DNA from: Candidatus Falkowbacteria bacterium
Lineage (GTDB): Bacteria; Patescibacteriota; Patescibacteriia; UBA11705; JACRDX01
NCBI GenBank assembly: GCA_043798985.1
Contig: JAZDOE010000018.1
Coordinates: 8,057-72,056, forward strand
DNA length: 64,000 nt
Direction: 5' to 3'
Below are positions 1-9,171 of this stretch, piece by piece. The notes beneath the pieces were generated by a model. That model saw only the letters and a list, made by a program, of their open reading frames with translations. It was not told where the DNA came from and searched no databases. A program made the translations under genes and the position numbers. The first letter of the stretch is position 1. Each line of letters starts with the position of its first letter.

Positions 1-215
1 GATCAATTATAGATCCGGGCGTGAATGGCATGTTGGTTGAGCCGAAAAACAGTGGCGATATTGCTGACAAAGTAAAATTTTTAATTCAGCGGCCGCAGTT
101 AATGGCAACAATGGGACAAAACGGCGCAGAGCGGGTAAATGCGCATTATCGCTGGCCAATAATCGCGAAAAAATTAGAAGGAATTTACAATCGGATTTTG
201 CGAAAAACGAGTTGA
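1..215 (+). CDS. Glycosyltransferase family 1 (GT4-like), C-terminal fragment; the gene starts upstream of the window
   Basis: The ORF frame is open to the window edge. The translation NGMLVEPKNSGDIADKVKFLIQRPQL...YRWPIIAKKLEGIY has the typical GT1 C-terminal pattern. Confidence 0.5.
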   Translation, partial: SIIDPGVNGMLVEPKNSGDIADKVKFLIQRPQLMATMGQNGAERVNAHYRWPIIAKKLEGIYNRILRKTS

Positions 216-252
216 AACAATTTATTAAATTTGCTATTATTTCAATCGACGC

Positions 253-333
253 GGGGGGTTTGTATAGTGGTAGTACGGAGGTCTCCACCCCACTGCTCGC
301 GAGCAGCGGGGTCCAAAACCTCTATCGCAGGTT
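253..333 (+). other. Truncated tRNA-Trp-like fragment (tRNA positions ~1-55) carrying a 26-28 nt GC-rich palindromic insertion in the anticodon loop
   Basis: 253-286 is identical to 589-622 of the intact tRNA-Trp (acceptor 5' half, D-arm, anticodon stem 5', CTCC of the loop). 287-312 is the palindrome ACCCCACTGCTCG|CGAGCAGCGGGGT (12 of 13 positions pair). 315-333 matches AAAACCTCTAGCGCGGGTT of the tRNA with 2 substitutions. Homology ends inside the T-loop. Confidence 0.6.
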
Positions 334-335
334 AT

Positions 336-581
336 ATGTTTTACGTATATTTATTAACAGACGAGAATCAAAAAATTTATATAGGATATACAGAAAACTT
401 GCCACGGCGGATAGCCGAACATTCTGCGTGCAAGGTTTATACGACGAGAAGGATGGCGAGACCTAAGTTGTACTATCATGAAGCGTATTCAGATAAAGAA
501 TCTGCAAGAAATAGAGAAAAAGGATTGAAACAGTTTGGCTCTGCATATGTTGGATTATTAAAGAGAATTGGGTTAAAATGA
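336..581 (+). CDS. Small GIY-YIG nuclease-superfamily protein (YhbQ/UPF0213-like), 81 aa
   Basis: MFYVYLLTDENQKIYIGYTENLPRRIAEH contains the GIY...YIG motif and the Arg/Glu spacing of YhbQ-like proteins. The ORF-track start at 231 overlaps the tRNA-like fragment, so the ATG at 336 is preferred. Confidence 0.65.
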   Translation: MFYVYLLTDENQKIYIGYTENLPRRIAEHSACKVYTTRRMARPKLYYHEAYSDKESARNREKGLKQFGSAYVGLLKRIGLK

Positions 582-588
582 AAATCGC

Positions 589-662
589 GGGGGGTTTGTA
601 TAGTGGTAGTACGGAGGTCTCCAAAACCTCTAGCGCGGGTTCGATTCCTGCACCCCCTGCCA
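589..662 (+). tRNA. trnW: tRNA-Trp (anticodon CCA)
   Basis: Manual cloverleaf. Acceptor GGGGGGT/ACCCCCT. D-stem GTAT/GTAC with loop AGTGGTA. Anticodon stem GAGGT/ACCTC with loop CTCCAAA. T-stem GCGGG/CCTGC with loop TTCGATT. Discriminator G followed by an encoded CCA. Confidence 0.85.
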
Positions 663-779
663 GGTAGTCAAAGCGGAAGTGAATGGGTAGTTTCATCTAC
701 CCCCGCCAGCAAAAGTGTCCGAACTTCTGGCCAATACTTCTGCCAATTTTCAAAATTCGGATTTTGGGCGATTGTTGGT

Positions 780-2150
780 ATGATGGATGAAAGTATGTTG
801 AAAAAGATAATTAAAAAAATGCTGCCGAAAAATGTTTTAGGATGGTATCATTTTTTGTTGGCAAAATTTGGGGCAATGCTTTACGGATTTCCATCTCGGA
901 AAATGGTGATTATTGGAATCACCGGCACAAAGGGCAAAACCTCAACCGCGAATTTTATTTGGTCGGTTTTGAGCGCCGCTGGTTTTAAAACAGGTATTAT
1001 TACAACGGCCAACATTCGTATCGGCGATCAGGAAATTTTGAACAAATACCACATGACAATGCCCGGCAGATTTATTTTGCAAAAAACAATGGCTGAAATG
1101 GTTGATGCTGAATGCAAATTTTGCGTGGTTGAGACGACGTCAGAAGGCATAAAACAATGGCGCCATGTTGGCATTGATTATGACATTGCCGTGTTCACGA
1201 ATTTGTCGCCAGAACATTTGGCATCGCATGAAAATGATTTTGAAAAATACAAAGAGGCAAAAGGAAAAATGTTCGCCGCGTTGAATGTTAAAAAGCACAA
1301 AACAATTGACGGCCGCGAAATTGACAAAGTGATTGTCGTGAATTCTGACGATGAAAACAAGGATTTTTTTGTCAATTTCGCGGCCGATAAAAAGGTGACT
1401 TTTGCGCTGGAAGCGCATCCCCGCCTGCCGGCAGGCACGGCGCCTTTGGCGGAGGGTTTCCTTGGGGCGGATATTGTTGCGCAAAATATTGTTGAACTTC
1501 CGGACGGCGTGACGTTTAAAGTTGGCGACAATAATTTTCGGCTGAACATTGTCGGCGGCTTTAATGTTTACAACGCATTGCCAGCGATTATCGTTGCCAA
1601 TCTATTTGGCGTTGATAACGCGGCAATACAACGCGGGTTTGAAAATCTGGCGCAGATTCCCGGACGCATGGAAGAAATAAAACAAGGACAAAATTTCAGA
1701 GTTTTTGTTGATTACGCGCATGAGCCAAAAAGCATGGAAGCGGCATTGAACGCGACGCGCAAAATTGTTGGCAATGGCAAATTGATTGTTTTGCTTGGCG
1801 CAGAAGGTGGTGGTAGAGACAAAACAAAACGTCCTGCAATGGGGAAAGTGGCAGGAGAATTGGCGGATTTTGTTGTAATAAGCAATGTTGATCCATATGA
1901 AGATGATCCGGCCGCGATTTTGAGGGATATTAAAGTCGGCGCAGAGGCTGTCGCTAAAATTGAAAATATTAATTTGTTTGTAGTTGAGGATCGGCGAAGC
2001 GGAATTCGCCGCGCATTGCAATTGGCAAATGTTGGCGACATTGTTTTAATCACCGGAAAAGGCGCGGAACAATCTATAACAATTGCCGGTATAAAATATC
2101 CGTGGGATGACCGAAGCGTTGTCGCAGAAGAGCTGACGAAAATTAGATAG
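780..2150 (+). CDS. murE: UDP-N-acetylmuramoyl-tripeptide synthetase, MurE-like Mur ligase
   Basis: P-loop IIGITGTKGKTST. Motifs NLSPEHL, DYAHEP, and GGGRDKTKRPAMG (the MurE DRDKxKRP signature). The start is set after the tRNA; the ORF-track start at 603 overlaps the tRNA. Confidence 0.75.
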   Translation: MMDESMLKKIIKKMLPKNVLGWYHFLLAKFGAMLYGFPSRKMVIIGITGTKGKTSTANFIWSVLSAAGFKTGIITTANIRIGDQEILNKYHMTMPGRFILQKTMAEMVDAECKFCVVETTSEGIKQWRHVGIDYDIAVFTNLSPEHLASHENDFEKYKEAKGKMFAALNVKKHKTIDGREIDKVIVVNSDDENKDFFVNFAADKKVTFALEAHPRLPAGTAPLAEGFLGADIVAQNIVELPDGVTFKVGDNNFRLNIVGGFNVYNALPAIIVANLFGVDNAAIQRGFENLAQIPGRMEEIKQGQNFRVFVDYAHEPKSMEAALNATRKIVGNGKLIVLLGAEGGGRDKTKRPAMGKVAGELADFVVISNVDPYEDDPAAILRDIKVGAEAVAKIENINLFVVEDRRSGIRRALQLANVGDIVLITGKGAEQSITIAGIKYPWDDRSVVAEELTKIR

Positions 2151-2177
2151 TATAGGCGTTATCCACAACCCTCAATT

Positions 2178-2405
2178 ATGTTGGTTGCGGATTTATTTGT
2201 TATGCTGGAATTGAACAAAATAAAAAATAGCGTTGTCAGCGAACTTCAGCCATTTCAATTGGCAGTTAAAGAAGAATTTGATAGATTAAACAGCAAAATA
2301 GATAGGTTGATTGCGCGGATGGATGTGCATAATGATGTGCAGATGCTTAAAATGCGTGTTGGAACGGTAGAGGAAAAAGTCGCGCAGCTTGAAAAAAGTT
2401 TATGA
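2178..2405 (+). CDS. Hypothetical small coiled-coil protein
   Basis: 75-aa ORF with heptad-like charged sequence and no recognisable motif. Confidence 0.3.
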   Translation: MLVADLFVMLELNKIKNSVVSELQPFQLAVKEEFDRLNSKIDRLIARMDVHNDVQMLKMRVGTVEEKVAQLEKSL

Positions 2406-3142
2406 TTTTAATTTACATAATCGGCAGTGTTGTTTTGGTAAGTTTGATAAGCCTTGTTGGCGCGGTCGTGTTGTTGAAGCGAAATTTTTTGGAAAGTAAA
2501 ATGTTATATTTGGTAAGTTTTTCTGTTGGCGCTTTGTTGGGCGATGTTTTTATTCACATCATGCCAGAGCTTGCGGCAACAACGCAGCTGAATTTTGGAA
2601 TTTCAATTTGGATTTTAATTGGTTTGCTGATATTTTTTGTTTTGGAAAAGTTTATTTTCTGGCATCATTGCCATAGAGTTGACGCGCATAAACACGCGCG
2701 GCCAGTTGGCTACGCGATTTTGGTTGGAGATGGGTTGCACAATTTTATTGACGGCGCCATAATCGCCGGAGCGTATTTGGTAAGTGTGCCGCTCGGAATC
2801 GCGACAACATTGGCCGTTGTTTTGCATGAGATTCCGCAAGAAATTGGGGATCTGGGCGTGTTAGTCTACGCTGGGTTCACAAAAGCGCGCGCGCTTTTGT
2901 TTAATTTGTTGTCAGGATTAATCGCAGTAATAGGCGCAATTTTGACAATTGCCGCGGCAAAGCTAATCAATGGGTTGGAACCGATTTTGCTGGCAGTGGC
3001 AGCTGGCGGGTTTATTTATATTGCTGGTTCTGATTTAATTCCAGAATTGCACAAAGAAATCGGTTGGAAAAAATCAACGTGGCAATTGATTACAATTATT
3101 TTGGGAATTAGCGTTATGGCTGGATTATTGTTGATTGAATAA
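2402..3142 (+). CDS. zupT: ZIP family metal transporter (ZupT-like)
   Basis: Multi-TM protein with the HEIPQEIGDLGVL ZIP signature and the His-rich loop HHCHRVDAHKH. Confidence 0.8.
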   Translation: MILIYIIGSVVLVSLISLVGAVVLLKRNFLESKMLYLVSFSVGALLGDVFIHIMPELAATTQLNFGISIWILIGLLIFFVLEKFIFWHHCHRVDAHKHARPVGYAILVGDGLHNFIDGAIIAGAYLVSVPLGIATTLAVVLHEIPQEIGDLGVLVYAGFTKARALLFNLLSGLIAVIGAILTIAAAKLINGLEPILLAVAAGGFIYIAGSDLIPELHKEIGWKKSTWQLITIILGISVMAGLLLIE

Positions 3143-3169
3143 ATATAAAATTAATTTTGATAAAAAATA

Positions 3170-3195
3170 CCCCTTGCCAAGTTTTGGCAAGGGGG
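3170..3195. terminator. Bidirectional rho-independent terminator hairpin between convergent genes
   Basis: CCCCTTGCCAA-GTTT-TGGCAAGGGGG is a perfect 11-bp stem with T/A-rich flanks on both strands. It sits between the ZIP gene (+) and the phosphoesterase gene (-). Confidence 0.5.
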
Positions 3196-3204
3196 TTTAT
3201 GTCT

Positions 3205-3981
3205 CTACTTTCCAACGCGGAGCCGCTCTGCGAAGCCCATCGGCAATCCGCGCGCTCGCATGTGTTGAACCGTGGCTTCCACGTCGTACTCAACGCGGCA
3301 AAACCGCAAGGTGCGTTTTTCCGGCGCTTCCAAATCCAGAATCACGAAGCTCGCGCGCGGGTCTCTATCTCTTGGCTGGCCCACGCTTCCGACGTTGACT
3401 AAATAGCGGCAGTCTGGATTTAATGAGATTGAACACTCTGCGAGGCGCTTTTTTGGAGAATCCGGTCGTTTTACTCGTTTGCCGGTCTGCAAATTCCACG
3501 CGTGAAAACCAAGAATGTGCGTATGGCCAAGCATGATGAGTTGGTGGTCGGTTTGTGTCAATTGAAGTTCTGATTCTTTTTCGTACGGAAACACGTATGG
3601 CCATCGTTCAAGACTGCGCACGCAACTGTGGCTGGAAAAGAAAATTCCGTTCTGCTGGCGCCGTGGCAGTTTTTCAAGCATGCGTAGCGCAGTGCCAGAG
3701 AATTCGTTTTTTGTAAAAACAATCATCCTTGCGACGGCTGATTCGTTATCTGCAAGTTTGTCCATGTTTGCTCTGCAAATCGCTGCTTCATGGTTGCCAA
3801 GAAGCATGATTGCGCCATTGCCGGTCAAGGTTTCCACGACTTCTTTTGGCCATGGTCCATAGCCAATCGCGTCGCCCAGCGAAATCAGCACATCAACTCC
3901 GCAGTTTTGTTGCATGTACTCAATGCACGCATTCAGGGCAAGCAAGTTGCCATGAATATCAGCCAGAAAACCGTATCGCAT
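3205..3981 (-). CDS. Metallophosphoesterase (calcineurin-like phosphoesterase)
   Basis: MRYGFLADIHGN...GDAIGYGPWP...GNHE carries the D-x-H, GD and GNHE metal-ligand motifs. Confidence 0.75.
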   Translation of the reverse strand: MRYGFLADIHGNLLALNACIEYMQQNCGVDVLISLGDAIGYGPWPKEVVETLTGNGAIMLLGNHEAAICRANMDKLADNESAVARMIVFTKNEFSGTALRMLEKLPRRQQNGIFFSSHSCVRSLERWPYVFPYEKESELQLTQTDHQLIMLGHTHILGFHAWNLQTGKRVKRPDSPKKRLAECSISLNPDCRYLVNVGSVGQPRDRDPRASFVILDLEAPEKRTLRFCRVEYDVEATVQHMRARGLPMGFAERLRVGK

Positions 3982-4086
3982 GGTTGCCTCCTGTTTAGCG
4001 TTAAGGTTAAGGAACCGTTGGTTCTGTTGATAATTTAGCGCATTTTATTATTTTTGTCAATTTGTGATAATATTAACAAATTTCAA

Positions 4087-4115
4087 TTGCAAGATTGATT
4101 GAATCGCGGTAAAAT
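4087..4115 (+). promoter_or_regulatory. Putative sigma70-type promoter upstream of the thioredoxin pair
   Basis: TTGCAA - 17 nt - TAAAAT, ending 8 nt before the ATG at 4124. Confidence 0.35.
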
Positions 4116-4123
4116 GAAAGCAT

Positions 4124-4378
4124 ATGAAAATCATCAAAATTGGGGCAATTTGGTGCCCTGTTTGTATTGTTTTAAAAAATAATTTGATGGAATTTCAAAA
4201 GCAAAATCCGGATTTGCGGGTTGAATATATTGATATTGACGATAATCCGGAAGTTAAACAAAAATACGAAATTGATGATGTGCCAGTGATAGTTGTTTTA
4301 GACGATACAAATAATGTTGTGACGAAATTTCAAGGCGAGGATGCGTTAAACAATTTATTAAAATTTATCGAAAAATAA
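4124..4378 (+). CDS. Thioredoxin-fold protein (CxxC = CPVC)
   Basis: GAIWCPVCIVLK active-site-like motif in an 84-aa protein. Confidence 0.55.
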   Translation: MKIIKIGAIWCPVCIVLKNNLMEFQKQNPDLRVEYIDIDDNPEVKQKYEIDDVPVIVVLDDTNNVVTKFQGEDALNNLLKFIEK

Positions 4379-4384
4379 AAAAGT

Positions 4385-5623
4385 ATGTTGAGAAAAGCCA
4401 TTTATATATTTTTGGTTTTGTCGGTTGTGCTTAGCATGTTGCTATGGAGTTTTGGCGTTGGCGCGCAATGGAAAATGCCGCGCGTTTATTTGTTTCACAG
4501 CAAAGATTGCCCGCACTGCGTTGAGGAAATAAAATTTCTGACAAAATTAAAAACCGAAATGCTTGGGTTGGAAGTCGCAACTTTTGAAATTTCAGAAAAC
4601 AAGTTGGATCAAGCGGCTTTTAAGGCTGTGGCAGGGGCGTTCAACTTGCCGGTTGGTGGCGTTCCGTTGACAATTATTGGCCAAGACATGGTGAGCGGCT
4701 TTGATAATGAAAAATCAATTGGAGAGACGATCAAAGCCGCCATTCAAAAAAATATTGGGGTCACAGATTTGCTTGAGCCAATAATTTTGCAGGCTTCGCC
4801 TGATTTTTTGAAGAAAAATTTGATAAAAACAGCCGAGCCACAAAAAGTTGACCAGCCACAAATTGTTCAGAATGGCGCGAAAACAATGCAACTTCCGATT
4901 TTTGGGAAAATCAATATTGGAAAGTTGTCCTTGCCGATTTTGACCGTTGTTTTGGGATTTGCGGACGGATTTAATCCATGCGCCATGTGGATTTTGGTGT
5001 TTTTAATCACGTTGCTATTGGGACAAAGCTGGAAGCGCAGGCTGATTTTGGGCGGAACATTTATTTTTATTTCCGGATTTGTTTATTTTTTATTCATGGT
5101 CGCATGGCTGAATTTTTTTCTATTTGTTGGGTTAAATTTTTGGATACGTTTGATTGTCGGCGGGCTGGCTGTTGTAATGGGCGTGTTGCAATTAAAAAGG
5201 TTTTTTGAAAAACCAAACGTTGGTTGCGCGATTGCGGGCGCTGAACAAAAGAGAAGCATTGTCCAGCGGGTTAAAGAAGTGGTGCAAAGAAAAAATTTGT
5301 GGTTGGCATTGGCAGGATTGGTTATTATCGCAGCAGGAGTAAATTTGCTGGAAATGTTTTGTTCGTTGGGTTTGCCGGCGATTTACACCAATGTTTTGAG
5401 CGCGAGCAATTTAGTGACATGGAAATATTACGCGTACTTGCTCGGATATATTTTCTTTTACATATTGGACGACATTGTTGTGTTTGTCATCGCGATGGCG
5501 ACATTGAAAATCACTGGTGTTGAAAATAAATATAAGCGGTTTATCAACCTTGTTGGCGGTGTGATAATATTATTGATTGGCATTTTATTGTTGTTCAAGC
5601 CGGGTTGGTTAATGTTTTCATAA
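4385..5623 (+). CDS. Membrane thiol-disulfide protein: N-terminal thioredoxin-like domain (CPHC) fused to a CcdA/DsbD-like transmembrane domain
   Basis: SKDCPHCVEEIKFL motif. Cys-containing TM helices FNPCAMW and LEMFCSLGLP, as in the CcdA/DsbD family. Multi-TM C-terminal half. Confidence 0.5.
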   Translation: MLRKAIYIFLVLSVVLSMLLWSFGVGAQWKMPRVYLFHSKDCPHCVEEIKFLTKLKTEMLGLEVATFEISENKLDQAAFKAVAGAFNLPVGGVPLTIIGQDMVSGFDNEKSIGETIKAAIQKNIGVTDLLEPIILQASPDFLKKNLIKTAEPQKVDQPQIVQNGAKTMQLPIFGKINIGKLSLPILTVVLGFADGFNPCAMWILVFLITLLLGQSWKRRLILGGTFIFISGFVYFLFMVAWLNFFLFVGLNFWIRLIVGGLAVVMGVLQLKRFFEKPNVGCAIAGAEQKRSIVQRVKEVVQRKNLWLALAGLVIIAAGVNLLEMFCSLGLPAIYTNVLSASNLVTWKYYAYLLGYIFFYILDDIVVFVIAMATLKITGVENKYKRFINLVGGVIILLIGILLLFKPGWLMFS

Positions 5624-5643
5624 AATAATTAATTTTTAAAACT

Positions 5644-5937
5644 ATGGCATTAATGTCTGACCGTAAAGAAACGCAAGACGAAATTGTAATCGTCTTCAAG
5701 TATCAAGCCGCATGGTATTTGTTTTTGCTGATAGCTTTAGTTGCAAGTTTTTTTACTCGTAGATTAGAGTTAGAAATGTACATGATAGCGGGGCTGGTTG
5801 TGGTCTCGTGCGTTTTTATTTTTGGAAAAGCAAAGGCAAATAGCGAAGTTAAGCGGGCGATGAAAAATGGTAAAGTTCAGGTTTCCGGAAGTCGTTTTTC
5901 TTTTCGCAATCCAATAACATTTACCATTAAAAAATAA
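5644..5937 (+). CDS. Hypothetical small membrane protein
   Basis: 97-aa ORF with two hydrophobic helices. It is the first gene of the long + strand island. Confidence 0.3.
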   Translation: MALMSDRKETQDEIVIVFKYQAAWYLFLLIALVASFFTRRLELEMYMIAGLVVVSCVFIFGKAKANSEVKRAMKNGKVQVSGSRFSFRNPITFTIKK

Positions 5938-5938
5938 A

Positions 5939-7240
5939 ATGGGGTTTGGAATTTTGAAAAATAAATTTATTCAGAATAGTTTTATTTATGTGGCAGGAAC
6001 AATTGCCGCGGGATTTTTGGGTTATATTTTTCAATTTGTCATTTCGCGAAAATTATCAGTCGCGCAATACGGCGAATTCCAAAGTTTAATGGCTGCGTCA
6101 GCGATTTTCGGCATCGTAAGTTCCGCTATAAGTTATTTTGTAATAAAATACAGTTCGGTTTTCGCGAAAAATAATGATTACGCAAGCAACAATTCTTTTT
6201 TAAAATTGACAAACGCGAAAATGCGAAAGCTGGCGATCTTGTTGGTCGTCGGTTTTTTGTTATTGTCGCCGATTTTGAAAAATTATTTACGGCTTGATGA
6301 TTATTATGGATTGATTTTGGTCGCGCTGACGTTATACGTTGGTTTAATAACAACCGGATACACGGCAACGCTTTCCGGCTGGCAAATGTTCGCGATTTCC
6401 AGTGGAATTGGAATATTTTTTGGGATTTTAAAGTTGTTGGCCGGTATAATTGGCACGCAACTTAGCCCAACGTCAACGAGCATTTTGTTTTTTCTGTTGA
6501 TTTTTAGCGGAATATCGGCGTTTGTTAGCTATTGGGTTGTTCGACAAAAATTTTACAACAAAACAACTGTAGAGACGGGATATATCCCGTCTCTACAATG
6601 GAAACAAAAATATTTCGCGACGCTTGATGTTGGCAAAAGTATATTGCCAATTACATTGTTCGCGTTGGCTGTCGCGCTTTTGCAAAACATTGATTTGCTG
6701 ATTGTTAAAAATTTGACCACCGCGGAAATCGCCGGGCAATATGCCGCGCTTAACGTTTTAGGAAAAATAATTTTTTGGATAAATGGCGCGATTATCGCGG
6801 TGGTTTTGCCAACCGCCTGCGCGACTGGAATTGATGGCAACCGGCCAAGCCGAAAATTGGCATTTAGCGCTTATGGGCTTATTGGATTTGTAAGTTTGTG
6901 CGGCATTGCCGCTTATTTCATCGCGCCGAACTTTATTGTTTCATTGTTGTTCGGCGCGAAATATTTAATCTTTGCAAAAGAACTTTGGCTGTTTGGTGTA
7001 ATGGCATTTGCTTTGTCAATTTTAATGTTAGAAGCGAATTTCGCTTACGCGCGTCATGATTTTCGCGTTAATTACATTATTGGCAGCGTTGTTCTGATGA
7101 TGATTATCGGAATTTACGGTTGGCACGCTACAATTCAGATTGTTGTTTTGGATATTATTGTCGCGATGCTGTTGGGTTTTATCGGCATGATAATTTTGAA
7201 TAATTGTCAAACAAAAAACATTGCAAAAACGGTTGTATAA
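5939..7240 (+). CDS. Polysaccharide biosynthesis protein / Wzx-like oligosaccharide flippase (polytopic)
   Basis: 433 aa and about 12 predicted TM helices, matching MOP/Wzx topology. Located at the head of the glycosyltransferase island. Confidence 0.55.
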   Translation: MGFGILKNKFIQNSFIYVAGTIAAGFLGYIFQFVISRKLSVAQYGEFQSLMAASAIFGIVSSAISYFVIKYSSVFAKNNDYASNNSFLKLTNAKMRKLAILLVVGFLLLSPILKNYLRLDDYYGLILVALTLYVGLITTGYTATLSGWQMFAISSGIGIFFGILKLLAGIIGTQLSPTSTSILFFLLIFSGISAFVSYWVVRQKFYNKTTVETGYIPSLQWKQKYFATLDVGKSILPITLFALAVALLQNIDLLIVKNLTTAEIAGQYAALNVLGKIIFWINGAIIAVVLPTACATGIDGNRPSRKLAFSAYGLIGFVSLCGIAAYFIAPNFIVSLLFGAKYLIFAKELWLFGVMAFALSILMLEANFAYARHDFRVNYIIGSVVLMMIIGIYGWHATIQIVVLDIIVAMLLGFIGMIILNNCQTKNIAKTVV

Positions 7241-7255
7241 GCATAAGATGGCAGT

Positions 7256-8203
7256 ATGATAAAAAAGATTTCAATTGTTGTGCCTGTTTATAACGAGGAA
7301 GCAAATGTTCAGATGCTTTATGATTCATTGATTAAATTGTTGCGCCCGCTTTTGACCAAGTATGATCATGAATTGATTTTTGTGGATGATGGCAGCGATG
7401 ATGGCAGCGCTAAAGTTATTGAGACGTTCAGCCAGCAAGATGCGCGAGTTAAGTGCATTGAATTTTCAAGGAATTTTGGCAAAGAAGCCGCGACAACTGC
7501 CGGAATAAATAATGCGACTGGCGACGCGGTTTTGTTGATTGACGCTGATTTGCAACATCCCGTGGAAAAAGTTTCAGAATTTTTGTCAAAGTGGGAAGCT
7601 GGCGCTGAAATCGTAATCGGAATCCGCGAGAAAAATCAAAAAGAAGGGTTGGTTAAATGGTTTGGTTCAATTGTTTTTCATAAATTAATGCAATGGATTG
7701 GTGAGACGAAAATAATTCCACGCGAAACAGATTTTCGTTTGTTGGATCGCAAAGTTGTTGATGAATTTAATAAATTGACAGAACGAAATCGAATGACGCG
7801 CGGGTTGATTGATTGGTTGGGATTTCGGCGAGATTATGTTTATTTTATCGCGAACCCGCGCTCTGCGGGCAAGGCTGGTTATGGTTTTTTGAAACTGACT
7901 CGGCTGGCATTCACCAGCTTTGTAAGTTATAGTTTGCTGCCCTTAAAATTGGCCGGATATTTGGGAATTTTTATTACATTAATTTCTGGTAGCCTCGGTT
8001 TATTTGTGTTTATTGAACGATATTTGCTGAACGATCCATGGAAATTGGAAATTCGCGGAACTGCGATTTTGGCGATAATAATTATGTTTTTGGTCGGCAT
8101 CATATTGATTTGTTTGGGGTTGATTGCTTTGTACATTGCCAATATTCACGGCGAAGTCAGCCGCCGGCCGATGTATATTCTCCGTAAAAAAAGTATTGAT
8201 TGA
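7256..8203 (+). CDS. GT2 polyprenol-phosphate glycosyltransferase (ArnC/GtrB/DPM1-like)
   Basis: N-terminal GT2 domain (IVVPVYNEEANV, DDGSDDGS, DADLQH) plus two C-terminal TM helices, typical of the ArnC/GtrB architecture. Confidence 0.75.
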   Translation: MIKKISIVVPVYNEEANVQMLYDSLIKLLRPLLTKYDHELIFVDDGSDDGSAKVIETFSQQDARVKCIEFSRNFGKEAATTAGINNATGDAVLLIDADLQHPVEKVSEFLSKWEAGAEIVIGIREKNQKEGLVKWFGSIVFHKLMQWIGETKIIPRETDFRLLDRKVVDEFNKLTERNRMTRGLIDWLGFRRDYVYFIANPRSAGKAGYGFLKLTRLAFTSFVSYSLLPLKLAGYLGIFITLISGSLGLFVFIERYLLNDPWKLEIRGTAILAIIIMFLVGIILICLGLIALYIANIHGEVSRRPMYILRKKSID

Positions 8204-8206
8204 ATT

Positions 8207-9145
8207 ATGCCAAAACGAATTTTAGTGACAGGCGGCGCGGGATTTATTGGCTCGCATTTGTGTCGGCGATTGTTGGCAGACGGAAATTTTGTTTTATGTC
8301 TGGATAATTGTTTCACTGGCTCGCACGAGAACATTGTGGAATTGTTGGACAATAAAAATTTTGAGTTTATCCGTCATGATATTGTTGAGCCGATTCTGTT
8401 AGAAGTTGACCAAATTTATAATTTGGCGTGTCCTGCTTCGCCCATTCATTATCAATTTAATCCAGTGAAAACAATTAAAACAAATGTCATTGGCACGTTG
8501 AACATGCTTGGCTTGGCAAAACGCGTTAAGGCGCGAATTTTGCAAGCGTCAACTTCCGAGGTTTATGGCGATCCAGTGGAACATCCGCAAAAAGAAACTT
8601 ATTGTGGCAACGTAAATCCGATCGGCATTCGTTCGTGTTATGACGAGGGAAAGCGGTGCGCCGAAGCGTTAATGATGGATTATCACAGGCAAAATAAAGT
8701 TGATATTAGAATCATTAGAATTTTTAATACATATGGTCCGCGAATGCATCCGAATGATGGCCGTGTTGTTTCAAATTTTATTGTGCAAGCATTGAAGAAT
8801 GAGCCGATTACTTTAATGGGAGACGGAAATCAGACACGATCATTTCAGTACGTTGACGATCTGATTGAAGGAATGACGCGCATGATGAACAATGAAATTA
8901 ATTTTATTGGGCCCGTGAATATTGGAAATCCGGGTGAGTTTACAATAAAGCAATTTGCTGAAATGGTTTTGAAATTCATTCCGGAAAGCAAGAGCCAAAT
9001 TGTTTTTACGGAATTACCGCAAGATGATCCGAAAAAACGCAAACCAGACATTTCATTGGCAAAAGAAAAATTGGGTTGGGCGCCAACGGTGCCGTTGGAA
9101 ATTGGTTTGCAAAAGACAATTGAATATTTTCGTGGCATAATTTGA
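8207..9145 (+). CDS. UDP-glucuronate decarboxylase (UDP-xylose synthase-like SDR)
   Basis: [57 protein letters not shown]. Near-collinear with UXS/ArnA decarboxylase-domain proteins. Confidence 0.85.
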   Translation: MPKRILVTGGAGFIGSHLCRRLLADGNFVLCLDNCFTGSHENIVELLDNKNFEFIRHDIVEPILLEVDQIYNLACPASPIHYQFNPVKTIKTNVIGTLNMLGLAKRVKARILQASTSEVYGDPVEHPQKETYCGNVNPIGIRSCYDEGKRCAEALMMDYHRQNKVDIRIIRIFNTYGPRMHPNDGRVVSNFIVQALKNEPITLMGDGNQTRSFQYVDDLIEGMTRMMNNEINFIGPVNIGNPGEFTIKQFAEMVLKFIPESKSQIVFTELPQDDPKKRKPDISLAKEKLGWAPTVPLEIGLQKTIEYFRGII

Positions 9146-9171
9146 AATTTGTAATTTGGCATTTGTTATTT

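Noticed and set aside
231-335. N-terminal extension of the GIY-YIG ORF (ORF-track start at 231), and ORF 212-466.
   Set aside because: The extension overlaps the tRNA-like fragment and the palindrome and translates to an implausible sequence (RRSPPHCSRAAGS). The GIY-YIG domain begins at the internal ATG 336.
603-779. ORF-track start of the murE ORF at 603.
   Set aside because: It would read through the intact tRNA-Trp (589-662). The conserved Mur ligase sequence begins after the ATG at 780.
1140-2053. Several minus-strand ORFs (1140-1484, 1178-1549, 1602-2021, 1712-2053) inside murE. There are many similar antisense ORFs throughout the window, e.g. 50186-50680 and 43908-44423.
   Set aside because: Each is fully embedded antisense to a + strand gene with strong family motifs. 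The translated products are low-complexity or basic with no motifs. The window shows a near-complete + strand coding bias.
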